Positions 14,346 to 26,104 of a stretch of 64,000 nucleotides of DNA are shown here, piece by piece. The DNA is taken from assembly GCA_976226885.1 (NCBI GenBank), contig OZ320320.1:42718001-42782000 (forward strand), in the 5' to 3' direction. The notes beneath the pieces are model-generated. The model made no database searches. It was not told the DNA's origin and worked only from the letters and a program-made list of their open reading frames with translations. The position numbers and the translations under genes are program-made. The DNA comes from Iphione sp. A-MEVVRFRX5. Its lineage: Eukaryota. The first letter of the stretch is position 1. Each line of letters begins with the position of its first letter.

Positions 14346-17310
14346 CTTAGATACAAAAGGAGAGGATCAAATCAGAATCAGAGATACTGGTGAGTTTGTA
14401 ATTCACATATATCCTTCTCTCGGGCTCTATATGAAATTACCATGTTGTTCGTCGGTTAAACTCTGAATTCTGCAACAGCATTCGGCCATAAGAAAATATT
14501 TGAAAACACCTTCACATTGTGGTTTGATAGATGTACATGTACATGTACAAGAGGGCAAGAGATTACCCTAAAGTTAATGTAATACATATTAAGTGACAGT
14601 TCTTTTCTACAACTAATACTTTAACGGTTCAAAAGTATAGTTTATAGCCTCCTGTACCTTTTCATTGTTTCAATACATAGAACTATGGATGAAAATAGCA
14701 GGCCGTTTTTATATTAGAAGTGTTGACGACCTTGCTTCCGGTTAGCAGGAACTGCTATCTTTATTAGACTTGTTTTTGTTAGCGGTGTCATCTAAAAACG
14801 TTTCACACTGGAAGCCTTGCAATAAATTAGTTGCATAGTTGTAGAAATGTGATAATATGAAAATCTCTAGTTTTGCCCCAAATTAGCCAATAAAGACGTG
14901 AACAAATAGCAACCAACTTTTGGTTTAAAGTCAGCTTTTCAAAAGTCTTCCATGAATGATGCCGAGACTAAATGAATCAGGTTTACGAAAAAGGAAAGAA
15001 TTCGATGTTATGCACTAAAACTGATCTAGTTTTGAAAATATAAATTCATAATAATTCAAAGAAGTTACCCAATGAGTGGCATAAACAGTTTCAAGTCGAG
15101 CGAAACAGTTAAAACACAGATACATAAAAGAATTAATTAATATGCCTCATGAGAAGAACAAATTACCGAAAAACAATGATTGTTAAGATGAAGCTCTAAA
15201 ACTACATCATGGAAGTATTACAACCTATAAATCACATGCTGCAGCCTGAGGCTGTAAGGTGGAAGTCAGCTGCAATGCTACAAGTACAATTTTGAAATTC
15301 GGATTGAAGTTGTGATGCTATAGTAAAATATTTTCCTACACATACACGCAAGCACGTATGCACGAACACATTCCTGCACCTATGCACATGCGCACACACA
15401 CACGCGCAAACACACACACACACTGTACTGGCTTTCCTCACAAATGTACAATAATTTTTACATAATTTTTTTCTATGACTTCAGAGATGGGTGCTAATTG
15501 ACGGTTGCACTTGGATTGGCCTTGGGCAAAAAAGATGGCTTAATTTGTGAGACGTTATATAATGGATTAAAATCAATCGCGAAAGAGAAACTGATTGCCT
15601 TCCCAGAACTGCGGTGGATAGAGGTCTTTCAGTGCGAGCACACACTCATAAGACCAACAGGAAGAGCTCCATGTAAAACTGATTGCACTCAAAGAAAACT
15701 CCATGAAGCACAGACCGAAAAATATATACCACTACACCATTCCTACTTTATAAAACAGTTCATGTAAAGGAGGCCGCAACAATTTAAACTAACACAGATC
15801 ATTTGTGCTTGGATGATTTTAGCGATTATTGTAGACCAAAAGGCTTATTGTGTGAAACCTTCTAGGAAATTTTTCAACTTCCAGGATTCGTCAGTTTCAT
15901 TATTATATAAGCCTCTTCGTAAATACCAAGGTTTTCAAAATACAGACAGTGGACGTAACTATACGGGTAAATACTTGATGCTGACAAACAATGCCGTTAG
16001 GTTTATATAAGTTCACACACAACTATACGTAGGTGATAGCATAGCAGAATTCTTACATGGAAAGGAGCATTTCAGTAGTTATGACTTCAGAGGATAATGA
16101 ATGGCAATACCACTATCCCTGTTTGTCAGGGTTCAGAAAACATCAGGCTGCAAAATCCTCAGCAATCAAAGCCCAGTGAATTATGTAATGCCACAGACTT
16201 CTTACTAATGTTTTCCCAAACCTGACAAATGTAGATTATAAGGAGTGATATCATTAGCAAGAGATGTTAAGTTAACTGAGCCGGCAGTCTTTGATGTTAC
16301 TACCTTAACACGATAGGAAGTGGCCTAGAGCAGCAATGCCCCCTTAAGTGTAAGCTAGTAATGCCTGGCTGAGTCGGCATGGGCTCGCAGCCATCCCTCC
16401 CTTCCATTTGGAACGATCCCTGCGGATTAGTGCTCTTTATTGCTCTCGCTTTGCATGGACTAAAAAGGACCATTTGTCCATTGTATTTTGTTCCTAAACA
16501 GACCGCATCACCTCAACCTATTTAGCCATACCTGTCGCCTTCAGAGTCAAAGAGGCCAAAAGTAAACGTGAAGGTCTGCATCCTTTAGACTCAATATTGA
16601 GGTCTATTACTATTAGACTCATTGTGGAGTTCTACAGGATGTAGCCTCCATGTGGGAGCCTACCTCCTGTTGCCGGGGACATCCACTTCATTAGAGGAGA
16701 GAAACTGAGAGAGCAATGTGCTTTACTTCCTAGTTTTAAGAGGGCACCTATCTGCACAATTAGATACAGTGATCTCGCCATACTTAATTACCAAATAAAA
16801 ACATCACACACATTTCTGATTTCTATAAGTATATCTCTAACTTATTAATGTGGTGTTAGTTTCTTCATCCTTTAGGAAATGACCAACTTTATTGATGCTT
16901 TTATTATGGAAGCTGCAGAATCAAACCTTGTTACTCTGTAAAAAGATCAGTGGCCAACAAGTCAAAGTTATGTAGTTTAGTTTGGTACAACACTGAAATA
17001 AGCCAGGTTTCGGACCTAGGCAAGCTTTTATATTAAAATACAGTTAAATATCACTTAAAAGACGGACCATAATGAAGACTTTACCTGACATCATGAAAGT
17101 TGTGGTCTGACTATATGGCTGTCTGCATCGTGACATTCTGTTACACATATATCATCCTCCAAAATATCCTTTCATAAGCACAATGCTAAAGCAGCCAGAG
17201 TCATACCACACAATTTTAACCCACTTTGCTGCCCCTAAATTTTTAAAATTACAAATCTGTCAAAATCTTTGCTGGATCTACAGTCAAGTTTCAACAAAGC
17301 AATGGTCAGT

Positions 17311-17696
17311 GTTTCAGACTGGAGGAAATTACAAAATGATCAATTAAAACCAATAAAACATTTTCAGATAACACATGTTTTGCTAGTGAAATCGGACTGT
17401 AGATGTAAAAACATTGTCTTGGCCAATAAAATGCCAATGTTATGAATGTTGTCAATGTTGATGAAAGTGCAAGGTATGACTGAATATCAGCTGCACAAAT
17501 TATGTTTCAAACTGGAGGAAATTACAAAATGATCAATTAAAACCAATAAAACATTTTCAGATAACACGTGTTTTGCTAGTGAAATCGGACTGTAGATGTA
17601 AAAACATTGTCTTGGCCAATAAAATGCCAATGTTATGAATGTTGTCAATGTTGATGAAAGTGCAAGGTATGACTGAATATCAGCTGCATGAATTAT
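17311..17696. repeat. Near-perfect 2 x 193 bp tandem duplication
   Basis: Units begin at 17311 and 17504 (gtttcag/aactggaggaaattacaaaatg) and differ by only a few bases. Confidence 0.9.
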
Positions 17697-18204
17697 GTGC
17701 TTCGAAAACTCCCCAATGTATTTCACACTGCATGGTGTGGGCAAAAACAAAATTGAATAGAAAGCTGCACCCCATGATGTGCTACTTAGCTCCTTAGTAG
17801 AAACCAACGGTTCAAATCTTTGGTATTGTGGTAGTAATAGATATGAGAGTTTATACCCTGGTTTATAGTATGACTGTATTTCTTTCATGAGGAAATTTAA
17901 GCTTTTACTTTCAGTACGTAATGTTTATGTAATGTCATCTGTGATCATTTGTATGAAAATAAAGATCCTCTATTATTAGTAGCACAGAGCATCCGATAAA
18001 AATAAGCTAAAAACTCTCAAAACATTTTTACGTCAATTTTGTGAGGCTCCAAGTACAATTTCAAACATGCAAGTAGAACCCCAGCCATGATGAAGTCACT
18101 GCACGCATGGGTTTGGACCTTGATGTCAAAACCAAAGTCACTTAGACTGGGTCGGGGGTTTCACTTCCACTTGCATGTTATATGACACATGCTCTTATAC
18201 ATAC

Positions 18205-18347
18205 CCGTATTTCAAACTTGGTGAATGTGGACATGTCGATGAGGCAGACTCCCTCCCGGCAAGCCCAATACTCAGACTTGACTCGGTCAAACCAAAGCGG
18301 CTTTCCAAAAGAACCGTGACTTGGGATTTCCGTGTCTAGGTATGCAT
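18205..18347 (-). CDS. PDPR: PDPR exon 12
   Basis: ccttcaag|AT ... CGG|gtatgt; 143 nt; AYLDTEIPSHGSFGKPLWFDRVKSEYWACREGVCLIDMSTFTKFEIR. Confidence 0.93.
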
Positions 18348-19122
18348 CTTGAAGGGAGAAAGGATACAGAACAAACTTAACTTTCTACATATATTTTGAA
18401 GATCCTTTGAAATGTCCAACAGTTAATATGTAAAGATAAGAAAATCGAATAAATGATGTTAAGAAGCTACAGACGATTTTTTTAGTTTAAAATCAATAGC
18501 TACATATTCGATAATAAAGAAAAATATCCATAGATATAACTAATTCCCATCGCCTTTCCTCAAAAACGGAATAGACACTAATCAGCAAATGAAACTATAT
18601 ATATGTCTTGGATCTAAGAAAGTCTCTTTTTCATACTGCAAGATATCCAATTAAAGTTGACCGGGTACCATTACCTAAGGTCTACAAATTAGCATAAATC
18701 AGTGAAGATTACAAGGCACGCTGCAGTGAAATGTATACTTACAGTCTGACTTTATGTGTCAACTTTGTTGCTGATGAAACATAACTAGTTATGCACTAAC
18801 CAGCACCAGGGACATACATTGGCAAAAGCGTTGTGACCTATATCAGACAGTGCGCTCAGAACTGACAATATACATGTAGCTGCTGCTAAGGAGCTCTGGT
18901 TAATCTAATGTAGCCATATCACCACAGTCTTAAACCACTAATGCAAATGTAGGGTAGTATCCGAATTGGACGATGTTATAACGCCTGCCGATGGTGCTCC
19001 CACAGACACTTGTTAAAAAAACACAAACAAAAAAAACAGGAGTAGGGAAGTACTATTTCCTTGCGTAATAATAACAAGTTCCTTAAGCTATTGAGTACAG
19101 CCCAACGTTTGAGGCATGTTAC

Positions 19123-19323
19123 CCTGTTTCACGGGGAAGATTCCGTCAAGCTCGGCTGCCTCGACTACGGGAGGGTCAAACCAAGCTGCTCGCTCAAAGC
19201 CGTGGGGGGTCTGAACAAAGTGGCCGCCAGACGCCACCTGCTGCATGTGCAGTGGGGTCGTATGCACATTGCGTCCAGTCTTGAAGGGAAAGTCTGGACC
19301 GAATACAACTTGACTGGATATGG
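19123..19323 (-). CDS. PDPR: PDPR alternative exon 11C
   Basis: ttttttcag|CC ... CAG G|gtaaca; 201 nt, phase 1 to 1; ISSQVVFGPDFPFKTGRNVHTTPLHMQQVASGGHFVQTPHGFERAAWFDPPVVEAAELDGIFPVKQ. Confidence 0.83.
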
Positions 19324-19531
19324 CTGAAAAAAGCATGAGGGCTGGTCTTGTTGACTATGCAAGCGAGTTAGCAATCGTTACTTATTGTACCTTGGGAATC
19401 AATTTGATCCACCAGTACCAACGGTAGCATCAACTCGGGAACATCAGCATTCACGTCGGATTAGAGGCACCTATCAAGTAACTTATTTAGATTAATTCTT
19501 TCAAGGAGGGAATAAGGACTTACGAGGTTTA

Positions 19532-19695
19532 TTGCCCCCCACCTGGTGTTCAATCATGTGGACCTATTTTTTAACCCCTGGGTGAACGTATATAGCTCCA
19601 TAGTCTCCCTTATAAGTAAATACCCCCCGTAGCAGCATACTATATTAAGACAACAGCATTCCTAGGTGCGCCCTTCTCTATGAGGGAGGGGACAA
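19532..19695. mobile_element. Short MITE related to 58046-58421, between exons 11B and 11C
   Basis: Degenerate TIRs and a shared CAGCATTCCTA(A)GGT motif before the right TIR. Confidence 0.5.
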
Positions 19696-19845
19696 TAACA
19701 ACTTCAGTGAGGACGGTGGGAAGTATTGGTTCCTATGTCGTCTGACTTGGCTGCATGGAGGGACAAGCGAGGTAAGCAAAATAAAATGACACTGACAAAG
19801 CTTTGGTGAAGCATTAGTCCTATTAGCCCAATAACTGACTTTTAC

Positions 19846-20013
19846 CGATGGAGGTGCCTGAAACATCGCCAAACCAGGCGGCTCGTTCGAGTCCACGCAT
19901 ATTCTGTATAAAGTTCGCCCCGGCTTGGCTTTCTCTCAAATGCAGGGCGGAGCAGCACAACTTCCGTGCACTTCTATAGTCGGGCTGAGCGCCTCCGAGA
20001 AATGAGTGAATTG
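19846..20013 (-). CDS. PDPR: PDPR alternative exon 11B (not in the ORF track)
   Basis: ggcttctag|CA ... ATC G|gtaaaa; 168 nt, phase 1 to 1, no stop; IHSFLGGAQPDYRSARKLCCSALHLRESQAGANFIQNMRGLERAAWFGDVSGTSI. Confidence 0.8.
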
Positions 20014-21388
20014 CTAGAAGCCAAAGTTTGTCAAAAAGAGCTGAGATGAAAAACAGATAGTGGACTGATGGCTCTAGCTTGGCCGGAGCTCAGCCTACAC
20101 TCCACTCGACAAGTGCCGCTACTGGAAGTCGCGCCAAACCTCTGCAAAGACTAGCAGCTTTGTGCACGCTAGGAAGAAAGACTCCATCGCTTGCGGTGAG
20201 GCCTGATTGAAATAGTCCTCAAAAAGAGAGGGATCTGCTTGAAAAAACGACGATGGATCAAACTTAAAAATAAAAGTAAGGTGACAACCTGTAAAGATGG
20301 CGGTAGCTTAAGCAGCACTTTTAGCTGAAGCTCACAAGAAACGTTTTTTTAAAATGGATTTCATAAATTTCTAAAAGACATACAAAATATGAATGAGATA
20401 TGGTAGAACGCATATTTTCCTTATGTCGGCAGCTCTTGGCTATGACAGTGAGCTTTTCAGTGAGGGTGTATGTATGTGTGTGTGTGGGGGGGGGGGGGGT
20501 AAAGAAACTTTTCTTCCCACCCTACAGTCCCACAACCCTTCCAGCGACAATTCACAAAGTGGGGCGGGGGGAGGGGATCAGACACATCAATACATATGTC
20601 CCCACCAAATGTGAGCAATCGTACAACAAAATAATGCCTGATGGGCCTCGGTGGGCAAAATCTTCAAGACAACCTACAATACAAGTAGACTACACAAGAA
20701 ATAGTATAGATTGGGGAACATATTATTAGCCCAAAATCATATTACTACACTGTTTGCAAGTGAGCTATATTTCCAAACAAAGTGCATGTATGGAACAGGG
20801 AGTCATAATAACATAAGCAGTAGGCATGACAGCAACATTCCAGTTGTGTCATTCAAGGTAGCATTCAGCATTAGAAGGGCCCACAGCCATTTTCGAGAAG
20901 GTAGAAGGGACACTAGTAAGAGGTAGATTTTGTACATTAAGACAACAGAACTCAGGACGGACACTGGTTGCTCACATAACTGTCAACTTGAAGTCATTCC
21001 GGCCATGGAGTTTCTGGTGTCTCCTCTACCTGATGCCTCATATATACGGACTTACTACGCGGAACCAAACGACTGACATCGCTGGGAGTCACAGACACTT
21101 TTTGGCTTTCACTTTTGTATTTGAGTGCTTGAGTTTATTGATAGGAGAGTGATGTTCCTCTTTTGCCATCCTTAATTTCTTTGTGGCAGCTGCCTTTAAA
21201 ATGTGTTGTTATAGATTTTATTCACAAAATTCCGATCATGATTTGTTAGAACTACCACCATCTTGGGCAAAAAAAATATCTTCACCACACAAACTGCTTG
21301 TTAGTGCTGGCAAAGAGTCCTATGTTATTACGACACAGAACGGCACATGCACAAAGAGGACCATCCAAGACGTTAGTGCCATAGTTAC

Positions 21389-21565
21389 CATCATCAAACC
21401 CATCGTCGTTACTGGACATAAAATACAGGGGGCGCTCATAGGCCATAGTCTGGCCGAAGACCGCATCAGTCTCCATGCGCGTGTACAGTGGGGAGGTTCG
21501 TAACTTCCGGCCTGTTGCCAAGGCAACTGTCTGGGTATCCCAGAAGGGAATTTTCGCCAAATAAC
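21389..21565 (-). CDS. PDPR: PDPR alternative exon 11A
   Basis: cttctcag|GT ... GAT G|gtaact; 177 nt, phase 1 to 1; YLAKIPFWDTQTVALATGRKLRTSPLYTRMETDAVFGQTMAYERPLYFMSSNDDGFDD. Confidence 0.88.
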
Positions 21566-21739
21566 CTGAGAAGAAACATTTTACAGCGTGTTAAATAATT
21601 TACATTTAAAACTAATGTAATTATATTTCTCTGGTACAAGTCAAATATGAGGGCATTTCGTTGGAGGTAGAGCGCTTGGCCTAACGTGGATTTTTCCGAA
21701 CTTCACCAAACAATGTTCAGTGATTGCGACCAATGAGGG

Positions 21740-21945
21740 GAGGGTACAGGGAAGCAAGAGAAGAGACTGATGGGAGAGGGAAAAGGTAGCGAGTGGTGGA
21801 GGGAGACCGAGATGGAGACACAGAGAGGGAGAGAGAAAGAGAGAGTGGGAGAGGGAGAGGGAGGAGAGAGGGGGGAGACAAAGAGGGGGAGATAGAGGGA
21901 GAAAGACAGAGATAGAGAGAAACACGGGGAGGAGGAGAAAGAGTC
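21740..21945 (+). repeat. GA-rich low-complexity tract
   Basis: Direct inspection. Confidence 0.85.
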
Positions 21946-22516
21946 TCTTCTTTACCTCTATAATGTCATTATTTTCTTTGAAGGACAGCATTGGAAATGG
22001 TTATGAGGATAGAAAGGTAGAGATAAGGGACAGAGAGGGGTAATAAGAAAGGCTGGATAGTGGGACATGGCTCTTATTGTGTGTAAACAATATAAACATT
22101 TGGGAACATTACTTTAAGAGTTTGCTTTAGGATGTTCGGCGAAATGCTATTCCTCTCAACAAAGATCATTTACAGCATGTGACATGTATACATATAAAGT
22201 TCTGCCGCGTTTATATAACCAGCATGTCAATACTTGATGGCAGATAGAATACTGAACAGATTCTAAATTTACTTTTCAACAAAGGATTTTACGATTACAA
22301 AAGTTATACCACTGGAGTGACTTTTACTTGAACCGTTTCGATGTGAAGCATTTAATCTCATCTTATTAGAAGTAAACTACCGGTATCACTTGTTAAACAT
22401 GATCCCAATGTACATATAATGTACGTGTATTAATCATCCCAGGATAAATAAAAGATATTAAAAAATCTAATGGCAAAGATGGAAAATCTCTCCAGGAATA
22501 GAAAAATATTCGTTAA

Positions 22517-23565
22517 CCCTATACTGTCCATACATAGGAAAATTGTGTATTTTTGCACGATGGGAAGATTGCAGAAGCCCCATATTAACCCTTGCATTCA
22601 TTTAGTTCATATTTAGTGAAAATATATAGGAATCCTCTGGCCAACTTATGGTCATATCAAATTCTGGAATTAATATTCAGTAACCATGGAGAGGCAGTCA
22701 CATGATCTGTAAGAACATCAACTTTGATCATGTTTACATGTTTTTAGACATATTAATACAAATATGTCCTAAATCTTTAAATAACTAATGAATTATTATT
22801 GTATTATGAAAAAAATCCTTTGTAACACAAAAGGGTTTATCCCTACAGCTTGTGAGAAGTGTTCAAGGAATCATTAGAGGGAACAATAGTGACAGTATAG
22901 CATTTGGTGTGCTATAACCTTTTTTAATTAGGATATAGAATTTCATATAATTATTACATATTATTTCTGATTATAATATACAACCTTTATGTAATACAGG
23001 CTCTGTTTCACTAATTTCTGCCATCAAAATGAGAAAATTCATAGCTGGTTTTTATTAGGAACCAGTACTTTTTAACCAATTATGATTATATCTATTGTTG
23101 ATATATCCCATGATGCATCAAATCTGCATCAGTGATGTTAATGCATATGGTGATGCTCTTTTTTTGCATAAAATATGTACATTACAGGTCAGGACAGAAT
23201 GTGTTTCAGATCACATACAGAGACAAATTAGGTATCAAAAGACTGGAATTCACCTCCTGAACACTTTGTTAATTGAACATTTTCTTCTATGAGCAATATT
23301 TTTCAATGTTAATCTGCCAGTAATGTAAATTAGGGTAAATTATATGTAAATTTTCTGAATTATATTTCACTTTCAATCCTGCCATGTTGTCATGGTAACC
23401 AAATAAATTAAGTACAATTATTTTCAAAATAACCTGTAATTCAAGGGCTTTCACTTGATATACAACATTATAAAGTATCTCTTGTATTAAACCCTACAGG
23501 TAAACAAGATAAATGAAACTACAGTTCCCCATTCCAAAACATCATTTTTCATGGACGGTATAGGG
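22517..23565. mobile_element. Non-autonomous piggyBac-like element (MITE) between exons 10B and 11A
   Basis: TTAA on both flanks (22513-22516, 23566-23569); 15-bp TIR CCCTATACTGTCCAT / ATGGACGGTATAGGG (1 mismatch); AT-rich non-coding interior. Confidence 0.75.
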
Positions 23566-24217
23566 TTAAGACATGATGAACAATCAAAAGAGATGGCTTA
23601 TCATAAAACATATGCTGAAAGCTACGTATGCACGCAAAAGATGGCTTAGTATTAATGTTGTAGATTAAAGGTTAGTATAAGGCAAACAGGTCTGAACCCT
23701 ATGTATGCACAGTCAATACCACACAAAGATCAGCCCAAAGTGAGACTAACTCCCCTAATTTTGGTCTGCCCACTCTGATGGTCATTTCGTAACGGACAAA
23801 CGATCTACTTAAGTTGATTCAATAACAGTTGGTATAGACATGTTTTGTTAGTCTAAGTCTGTCTGTAGTGTGGTATTTCAATGTGCATACGGAAAAGTGG
23901 CAATATTATATGGCAAAAAGCAACCGCTGGCGTTTGATAAACAAGCATAAAATAAACATAAATCAAAGAACTTTGATCAACAAGTACTTAGTCCAGTCTT
24001 GTATTGTTTGGGATACGACAATGGTTCTTGTCAGTGTGTTTCTGGAAATGCGTGTGCATTGTACGTTAATGTGCAACAGCTAGCTAATAAATACGATAAG
24101 TATAAGTCTTTTCCTATAACTCTCTGCTAAACAACTACTCTCGACCAGTTAGTGTTGAGCAATCACGTCGACATTTAAAGAATTGTTTTATGACACATTG
24201 CTGGAAGCCATACGTAC

Positions 24218-24410
24218 CAAGTGTTTCTGTGACTCTTTCTCGCAGAAAGTTCCGGTTGTTATGCATATCGACAAACCTACGTACATCGACGGACCACAGA
24301 TTGAGGCTAGGCTCTCCCTCGACTATCCAATTGCTCAACTGCTTGCCAACTGCTGGGCCATACGTGATGCCTAAAGACGACATACCGGCCCCTACGTAAT
24401 AGTTGTCCAC
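24218..24410 (-). CDS. PDPR: PDPR alternative exon 10B
   Basis: cgaacag|GTG ... CTT G|gtacgt; 193 nt, phase 0 to 1; VDNYYVGAGMSSLGITYGPAVGKQLSNWIVEGEPSLNLWSVDVRRFVDMHNNRNFLRERVTETL. Confidence 0.9.
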
Positions 24411-25905
24411 CTGTTCGTGCGTTATCAACAGTGCAGACAGGGAGAGCAAAACAAAAAGATATTTATCAAGAACTATAGAGGACATATTAACTGTACTGGC
24501 GAGCATTCGATGAAAAACGTTGTATGCCTGGTGCGTACTGTTTTTCTGGGTACAGTGCAACCATGCACCACGCAACTGACCCATTGCTGCATAGAAATCT
24601 TGGACACTGTCCAGTTTCAGCTGTCCTTCACTACTGGTAACATTTAAACATTTCCCAGCTAGAGACCTTTGCTGTACAATGAAAAGTGATGAATAAACGT
24701 GCAGGGTTATTTGTGGCACCAGTTATCCAAGACAAGTGAAACATGAACAATGTCAAAACCTCCCAGCAATAGGTCAATTGTTTGCACGTGAAGGTTAGCT
24801 GTGTACCTTGGTGTGTTTAGCCCTGACAGATTCGGAGCTGTATTTTGTAGTCTGTGCAAAGTCTGTAGTCTGTACTAAAAATTAGAGGCTGCCGGTTAGG
24901 ATAAACATTCAAAGCGAGGAAAAATACTACTACGGTAGACTCCCTCTCATAAAACCACCGATTGATTTTTTGTGTTTTTTCTCCCTCAAAGTGGTTCTGT
25001 TTTAGGGATGGACTCATGACGGGCGGGGGTGGGGGTGGGGGTGGGGGAGTGATTCACACAAAAAAGACGTCTCTTCAGAAATGGTCTCAATGAAGGGGTG
25101 GTGTTTATCACGAGGGGTTCGCCTTAAGGCGAAAGTCTACAACACAAAGTTAAAAGTAGTCTCGATCCCTACAACAAACCTGTTATAACCGACTATCCCT
25201 GGAAGCCTGCCTTTTACTCGACAAGGCCAACAGCTCGGCTCTTATACTGTGTTTGTGGTAGAGACTGACAATTAACGAGCTCAAATCAAGCGCTCGCAAA
25301 AAGGCGGTGAAGCCGTGAAGCCTGGAATAATGCAGGCGCGGCTACAGCCAATGCCAACAACCAAGCTTGAAAAGGTAGAACCAAGGCAACAACAGTGCAG
25401 TCAATGTTGAAAACATCGTAAGGATTTTTGAAAGGTGTATTGGCAGATGCACCGATGAGTTCAAAAGGGCATATTTTTAGGCATTCTCAACATGCTCCCA
25501 GAATGGATGCTGTGGTTGGGTTTATGGTACGGTCATCCAGATAACAAGGACTTCAACACTACTGCACTGCAATGCTCTGGCATGGTGGAACTCGTTAATA
25601 AATGATACGGCTCCCTGCCGAAACACCACCATACACAGTTCCTTAGCAGGACCACCACAAAAAAACAAAACAGGAGATGATTAACAAAGCACAATACATG
25701 TAGTCCCTCGTGGAGCTGCGAAATGAATGAGGGATACCGCCAAAATACCCCGCAGTTTATGCGTTGTGGGAAGATTTACATATAAAGAGGATGCTATAAT
25801 TGTGGATGGGCGGCTGCTGTAAGCCTAGCAGTTGGCAGTGTGGCTATAATTTCTGTAAAGAGTGAAGGTCAACTTAAAGTAGGTTGAAGCCTTATCATTA
25901 CGTAC

Positions 25906-26104
25906 CAAGTGACTCAGTCACTCGCTCACACAGAAACTTCCGGTTATTATGCATGTCAACAAAGCGGCGTACATCTGCCCACAGTAGATTTGCCGACATT
26001 GTTGTTTCCCCACCCACAATCCAATCAGCAAGGCAGCGGGCCAGCCCGGGACCCTGTCCCACGCCGCTGGAACACATGCCAGCTGCCATGAAGTAGTTAG
26101 GGAC
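25906..26104 (-). CDS. PDPR: PDPR alternative exon 10A
   Basis: cctaacag|GTC ... CTT G|gtacgt; 199 nt, phase 0 to 1; VPNYFMAAGMCSSGVGQGPGLARCLADWIVGGETTMSANLLWADVRRFVDMHNNRKFLCERVTESL. Confidence 0.87.

Noticed and set aside
21740-21945. Pyrimidine tract on the gene strand as a distant branch point for exon 11A
   Set aside because: Several AG dinucleotides lie between the tract and the acceptor, so there is no AG-exclusion zone. It looks like an ordinary microsatellite.
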